Shown: positions 57,687-64,000 of the stretch, piece after piece
How positions within the stretch are numbered: position 1 is the stretch's first letter
Layout of the letters: each line of letters begins with the position of its first letter
NCBI GenBank assembly: GCA_040285855.1
Contig: JAUFOQ010000013.1
Coordinates: 1,984,001 to 2,048,000, forward strand
Source of the DNA: Eukaryota sp. GEM-RC1
Taxonomy: Eukaryota
Direction: 5' to 3'
Length of the DNA stretch: 64,000 nucleotides
The notes under the pieces: generated by a model
The model's database searches: none
What the model saw: the letters and a program-made list of their open reading frames with translations, nothing else
What the model was told of the DNA's origin: nothing
Position numbers and translations under genes: made by a program

Positions 57687-58153
57687 GTGGTTTCGATACT
57701 CTAATCAAAATGAAAATTAACAAAGTTGTGTACTTTGGGAATATCCATTTGAGTTGAGAACCACATACGTTTTTATTGTTGGAGTACAAGACAAGTTATG
57801 TTGTGATCTTACCATGTTGGTCTAGACTCTAGATCCATCAAGAACTTCTACCGAACAATAACACAAACCACGAAATCGTAGTACTATATAGTAGTTCCTC
57901 AAAGTATTTGAATCGATTGCTGGACGAACAATATTAGAACTACTATGGGGTATTCTACAATGTTACACCACCAGCTGCCCAGTCATTGCTTTAAAGACAT
58001 TGGAATTCAATGTCCTTAAATCAATGACTTTACAGTTGATGTTTTGTATATTACAATCTTTTCTCGATCTTTTCTGGTCCTGGTTTCTATCCGAAATATA
58101 TATAAACTGGTTGTCTACTTCTCAACCTATGATGACGTGATGAAAACTGACTG

Positions 58154-61100
58154 TCAATAGGTCAATGTTGAATGATTTCTTCTCATAAAGCGAAGATGAT
58201 GGAAAAAATCAATTAAAATATGATACAGATTTATCAAAATTGTCGCAACAAAAACATCAGAATTGATGTTATGTTTCAACATTGAAATATTTTTGAAAAA
58301 AGGTCTACAACCAAAGGCCAGAAAACAATCAAACAATTAAATTATTCAATTTTTGAAGAAGTTGGAAACATTGTAGAAAAGAATCTTCAAATTCCAATTG
58401 ATAATCGACATTTAAAAATTTGTTCAAATATTGCAGACTCTGCGTACAATCAAAAAATAAACTTAAAGCTGTACACACTACTTTTTGTGAATCAACAAAA
58501 GAATTTGGACTCTTATTCGAATCAATCAATATTGATTGAAGAACAGAATTAAACTCTCGATCGCTACTAAATAAGTTCCTGGAGACTAAATCATTTTTGA
58601 TTGAATCCAGACAGAAATCAATCTCTTCTTCCTCTTCTTCGTGTCTAAATAAGACAGTTGTAAAAAAGACGTAAAACCAATTCTCCCATGCTAAGGTTTT
58701 TGGAAAGTTTGTCTCCAATAGAAGACAACAAATCAAAAATATTGGTCAATAATTCGAAAGAATTTTCTAAACTTCGTCGTAAGGTCTCTTGATTTTTAAA
58801 TCTGTCAATTTTTCTGCGATGATTGACGACATTTGAAGTCATCATAGAACGGATTTTTGAAATTTTCAAAGAAATTTCAATTTTTCGTTGAAGGAAGGAC
58901 CCCCGTTCCTTATAAGTGGAGGTCATTTGGTGCTTTAAAATTTGAATATTATCCTCAATCGAATTAAGTTCCTTGGCATGACTACTTGTATGCACACAAC
59001 AGAGACAAAAAACAAGTAAATGGCCTACCGCATTGGAAAAATCAAAATTTTCAAAATTATCCGAATCAAAAAACACAGCAGCATCAATTCCATAATTTTT
59101 CAAATTTTTAATACACATTGGAACAATTTTTGAGGTTTCTTAAAAGATCGGTACGGAGTTGTGGGAGTGGCATCTTCACCATTAGTGTTATAATCAAAAA
59201 TTACACCAAATTTTGAAAAAAGGGAAGCAACTTGCCTAATAGATTCAGATGGAATGTGAGACACGTCAAAATTGATCAATCTATCCTTAAATTTGTCCAT
59301 GGAAGTCAACAGACTCCTGAAATTTCCCCATCTTAAAGAGTTGACAGAAAGCTCAATGTCAGAATTCGAAGAGAAAAACAACAGTAAAACAGACTTAGAA
59401 AGGAGAATAAGAAGTTCATTAGGTCTTGTGACTGAATTAATTGAAGCTAAATAATTTCCACCAAACGCAATATCTAAAGCATCCTTGGAAATTTTAAAAA
59501 ATGGACTTAATAAAGTTTGAAGAGTTGTAACACGCGTGTTGAGGACAGCAATAGAAGATCTGAAATCTTCAATGTGCATACAACATGTTTCAATTTTGGA
59601 AGGCAGAAAATCAATTTCAAGTTGATATTTTCCAATTCGGTCAATCAGTTTTCCAAACGAGGAATTGAAATCATCCTGATTTTGACCTTCCAGGAAAGTT
59701 TTAGAATTTTGAAGTTCAGTTAAAATTTGAAAAGATAACTCTTTCTATTTAATGACGAAGTTAGAAAATTTGAAAAATGTTTTCGTTTTTGTAGGTAATC
59801 TGTCAACCAAAAACAAAGTATACTTAAGAATTTTGAAAATATACCAATTAAAAATGATTGTTCATAAAACAATTGATAACCGAAAATCAAGGCATGTGAG
59901 ACGTTATCAGCCACCAAAAGAGGTAAGTATTGGGTCAAATAAGAAGAACAATAGGGAGTGATTGAATTCTTGCCAAATATGTCAGTGACAATCACTGTTC
60001 TTACCGAGTTGCGATTATTTTTAATACAAAAACCAGAAGTAATAGCAATTTGATTATCCGTGAGATATTTTAAAATTTCCAAAATCGTCCTTCGGCCAGA
60101 GTTTGAATCGCCAATTAATTCAATTGAGGGAGTAAAAGGTGAATAAGGAAAATACAAAAGAAAGGAATGTAGTAAAGGAAGTAGATTCAGGGAGAAAAAT
60201 ATTGGAGTCATTGAGTTATTGTTAGTTAAATTTCTAAGTGAAGATGTTGAGTTGAAGAGGTGTTTACCAAAGTCTACGGAATCTTCAAATGGCAAATCAG
60301 AAATTGAGTATGTCACGTCACCAACAGTCAAAATTTTAAGATTTTTAGAACTTTTAAAGAAAGGCAAAAATCGTCCAAATATAGATACCAGATCGTCCTC
60401 AGTTTCAACTGTTTTGGGCAAAAATTTAATGACATTTGAAAATTTTTGGAAGGATTTTTTAAATACCTTGCAGATAGTTGAAGCAATTGTTAAAAAGTCT
60501 GGTGCATGACTACATTGAGAACACAGCAATGCAATCAACTTGGCAGTCAAAAAACCAATCAAAATTGGTTGACCTTCTCCCCGAGGAAGTTTTGGATTCA
60601 AATTGGCAATACAATCAATAATAGGGATCAGGAGGGTAGATACATCAGAATTTGCAGGAAATAAAGGACCACATTCTAAAAGTGATTTTCCAACAGAAAA
60701 ACAGACTAAATCTGTGAAAGTACAAGTATAAGAATGGAAAACATCATCATCAACATTGAAAGCCAAAAGATAGTCATGTTTTTTAAAAGAGAACACGTGT
60801 GAAAAAACACCAGCGAAAACACCCAAGATTTCGGAAAGGGAAGTTGGAAACGTGACATGATTACTCTTAAACTGAGGTAAAGCAACAGGGCTACAAGTTG
60901 TTAGTAAGGGGAGAAAACAAAAGATTTTCACTAGAAAAACTTGCAAAAACAAATGAAACAGAGTGACCAAGTGTACACGTGGCAGTGAGTTCCAAGTGGG
61001 ACAATAAAAGGAAACAACTGATGGATCAGTGGCGGAATCAAAATTGGAAAAACAAAAATTAAAAACATACATACTTTTGGAAATAAAATATAAGATGTAA

Positions 61101-64000
61101 GTCCTTGATCAACAAATGGAACTGAAAGACAATGTCTTGCAATCAAATCCTGAACTGACTGCAACGTGGCACTATTTAAGTCAACGAGAATCTCCTTGAC
61201 TTCTTCAGGTTTACAAATAGGAGCCATTGAAGCTCTTGAAGCTGTAGTAACTGAAGAGAAACGGCCATGAAGAAAGTCTCCTACAGAAGGACAATGTGTT
61301 GGAACAAGATACAGAGATGAAGGGGACGATAGGGAAAGCCAGGAAATATCAAAAGAAAAGGAACATTTTTAAAATATTCAGATTCTGATTGCATAACGTG
61401 AGACCCAAATGCAACAATGCTAGGAAACCCCAAACTCAACCGTTGTTGTAGAATTACTAATAATAAAGGGTAATTTAAAGAAAAACATTCATTAAAATAG
61501 AATGCAATTGTACCTGGAATTTGACAAAGTGAAGTAGTTTGATGGAGAAGAGATGAAACTAATTCATCACCAGAAGATATTTTAATATTTGGAATGAGCA
61601 CAGAAAGATCTTTGGCCGAATTACTAGAGATAAATGAGATCAATGATGTAGACAAATGAGATTTAAAGAAATCTTGAGTTAAGTTTAAAAGTATATCCAT
61701 ATTTGAATCGACATTAGTTTCATTTCTAGACTTTTCAAACTTTTGATACGTTTCAAACAAGTCACGATTTTGATGCTTTTTAAGCTGTGACTCAAAAAGT
61801 TTAGAATCAGTAGTGGAAATTGAAATATTTGAAATATTTGAAAGTTCTTGATCAGAAATTAAAATAAACGGATTGGTTTCCATACGATCACTATCTAAAA
61901 AATCAACAATATTTGAATAATCTGATGAATCTAAAATAAGAACAGGTACAAAAGAAACGTCATCAGTTTTGGATTTAACGATATGCAAAAAGTGATTGCA
62001 ATCGTGGCAAAGAAAGAAGATTTTGGAATAATCTAAATATTGATCCCTTAATGAAGAAATAAGATCCGAAATGATTACTGATTGATTGGAGGTATATAAA
62101 TTGATAGATTTACCATTGGAAATCCCATCAAGAACTTTGTCAAATGCTTTTTGTTTTCCAATAGTATTAACAAATACCGGATGGGAAAACTTTGAATTAG
62201 TAGAAAATACAAAAGGAATAAAAGAAGCATTGAGAAAATCATTAGTGGTTTGTTTAGCTTTTTCATCATTTTTTAATTTTTTAACTTTTTGAAATAGTAG
62301 AGGAAGATTAACTGAAGAATCAGTGGTATCAGAATCACCATATCGATCAAATTCTAGATTTTCAAGGGAAAAGGCAAACGACCAATAAACAGCAGAATAG
62401 AGATCAATCAAAACGTCATTAATTTTAACTGATTTAAAAAATCTAACATCTATACTTGGAAGAAAACGACCGTCATTCAACTTGATTGACTTAACAGCAA
62501 AACCCTTAGATTTAGAAAATGACAAGGAAATTTCACTAACAAATGGAAATAAATTAAAGGTTTTAACAGCAGAAACGTTAAGTAAACCAAATCTGGCAAG
62601 TAAGAGGTTTGTACAAAATCTTGGCTGGAACTCTAGAGGTAAAAAAATCAAGAAAATATGAATAAGTGGCCGAAAAATTGGAAATTTCGGTTGAATTTAA
62701 AAATTCAGAGTACATGGGGGAAAGATCAGATAGAAAAAGTCCGAGTTCATGTAGAGTTAGAATTAAATCATCAAATTTTTTAATTTTTGATAATACCACT
62801 GATAACTTGGTTCGGAACTGAATTAGAAAATCTTTTAAATTGTCGAAATAAGTTCCAAAATCATCCGAAAAAGGAAACTGACACAACAAAAGAGTAGCAT
62901 CAATCGTTTGGCAAAAATTTAAAATATATTGAAAATTCATTTGTGTATTGGAATATGCTTCAATATTGTGAGATAATTCAGGATTGGGATAGAGACAATC
63001 TCGTTGAAGTTCAGCCAGTTGGTTCTGGATAAGTGACAAATCAGCAAAGATTGAAAAATCTTGGAATTGCGAGAAAACCATGTTCATACTTTGATAGGGA
63101 GCGAGGAAATCACACACATTTTGATTCTTTGAAGATGAAAAAAGTGGCAACTGAAGAGAATCGAACTCGCTATCTGCTAAATGACCTTCTTCTTGGGGGG
63201 TATAAAAACTAAAACCAAACTTACATAGAGGAAACTGATAATTAACAAAAGTAGAATTAATTGAAAATAACTCTGCTTGAATTGTCTCTTTTTAACCAAC
63301 TCACGTAAGGTATCAAGAAGATCAGAAAAATGTACAGAATTTGAAATCAAATTCAAAAGATCATTGCAAACGCCAGAACTAAAATCAAAATCAAACTGCA
63401 AGACGGAAACTGCCAATTGTGATTGATCATTGACAGTCCGGACGAGTTCTAGAACTTGCTCAGCGTTTCCCATAAGAGTAAACAGACGGGCAACAACGTC
63501 GTTTAATAGAGTACCAGTTTGATTGACTGGTAACGTGATGAAGGTCCCCATCAAAATTTGAATCTCAGCAGATATTTCAGAAAACAGATCACTTGTAAGT
63601 TCGGTAACTGGCAATGACGAGAACTTATTTAGAATAATTTGGAAAGATGACGTGATGCCAAGAAAGCTTCTACAATGAGACAACCAGGAAAGGCAACTGT
63701 CTTTGATGGAGTTTAAGCGAGAAAATCCATTGTTGAGTTGCTGAAGGGCAGTGCTTTCGAGAATTTCGGAAAAAACTCCACTTCATCAAAATTAGACACA
63801 ATATTTGAAATTTGAGACTCCAAATTGAGAATAGTTTCAAGTCCAGAGTCTAAAGATATTTGGCTATCTAATCCTGAGTTTTCAAGAAAAAACCATTTGG
63901 GAAGAGCAAGATAACTATCGACAATTCTAGTAAGCGAAGATCCATAACTTGAGGAATATATGGCCGGATTTTGAAAAGACTGAATTTTTTCAAGTTGAGT
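58154..64000 (-). CDS. large divergent protein, dynein-heavy-chain-like (partial; 5' end outside the window; many frameshifts)
   Basis: Abutting minus-strand ORFs; degenerate P-loop ELIGDSNSGRRTIL followed by coiled coil - FKDRLINFDVSHIP (stalk-head-like) - coiled coil. Confidence 0.5.

Noticed and set aside
38000..57705. Helitron call for the PIF1/Fanzor block
   Set aside because: No HUH Rep domain fused to or near PIF1, and the hairpin/CTRR end is not convincing.
57765..57800. FLLLEYKTS as a displaced Fanzor RuvC-II
   Set aside because: Short match with stops on both sides, no zinc ribbon or RuvC-III downstream, and the adjacent sequence resembles a CRE-like 3' fragment; could be chance.

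Overview
AT-rich DNA from a compact-genome microbial eukaryote (27-31 nt GT-AG introns, head-to-head genes under 50 bp apart). Many frameshifts fall in homopolymer runs, including inside a retrotransposon with identical LTRs, so some are probably sequencing errors. Host genes: RICTOR-like, C2H2-PHD-SET, a duplicated UBE2G/Ubc7-type E2, DDB1-like, SSSCA1/ZNRD2-like, a secreted Cys-rich protein, an NhaC-family antiporter, a hemolysin-III/PAQR protein and a divergent dynein-heavy-chain-like gene. They are interleaved with nested CRE/SLACS-like non-LTR fragments, pogo/Tc1-like and hAT MITEs, a complete MuDR element (filled and empty sites both present) and a recent chromodomain Ty3/Gypsy element. 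The most unusual part is an accessory block at about 38.0-53.5 kb. It holds a PIF1 helicase, three Ulp1/C48-like protease domains, and three loci (one single copy, two tandem arrays) sharing a long hairpin with the apex CTCGTTAACAAGAGT. It also holds an inferred single polyprotein: Cys-rich repeats - 2A ribosome-skip motif - Ulp1 (catalytic Cys lost) - Ulp1 - PolB-type exonuclease-like domain - Fanzor1-like protein in which a CCHC knuckle occupies the place of RuvC-II/III. Three stacked hairpins follow (candidate omegaRNA), and the Gypsy element has inserted into them. All family calls are by-eye motif recognition; no searches were run.
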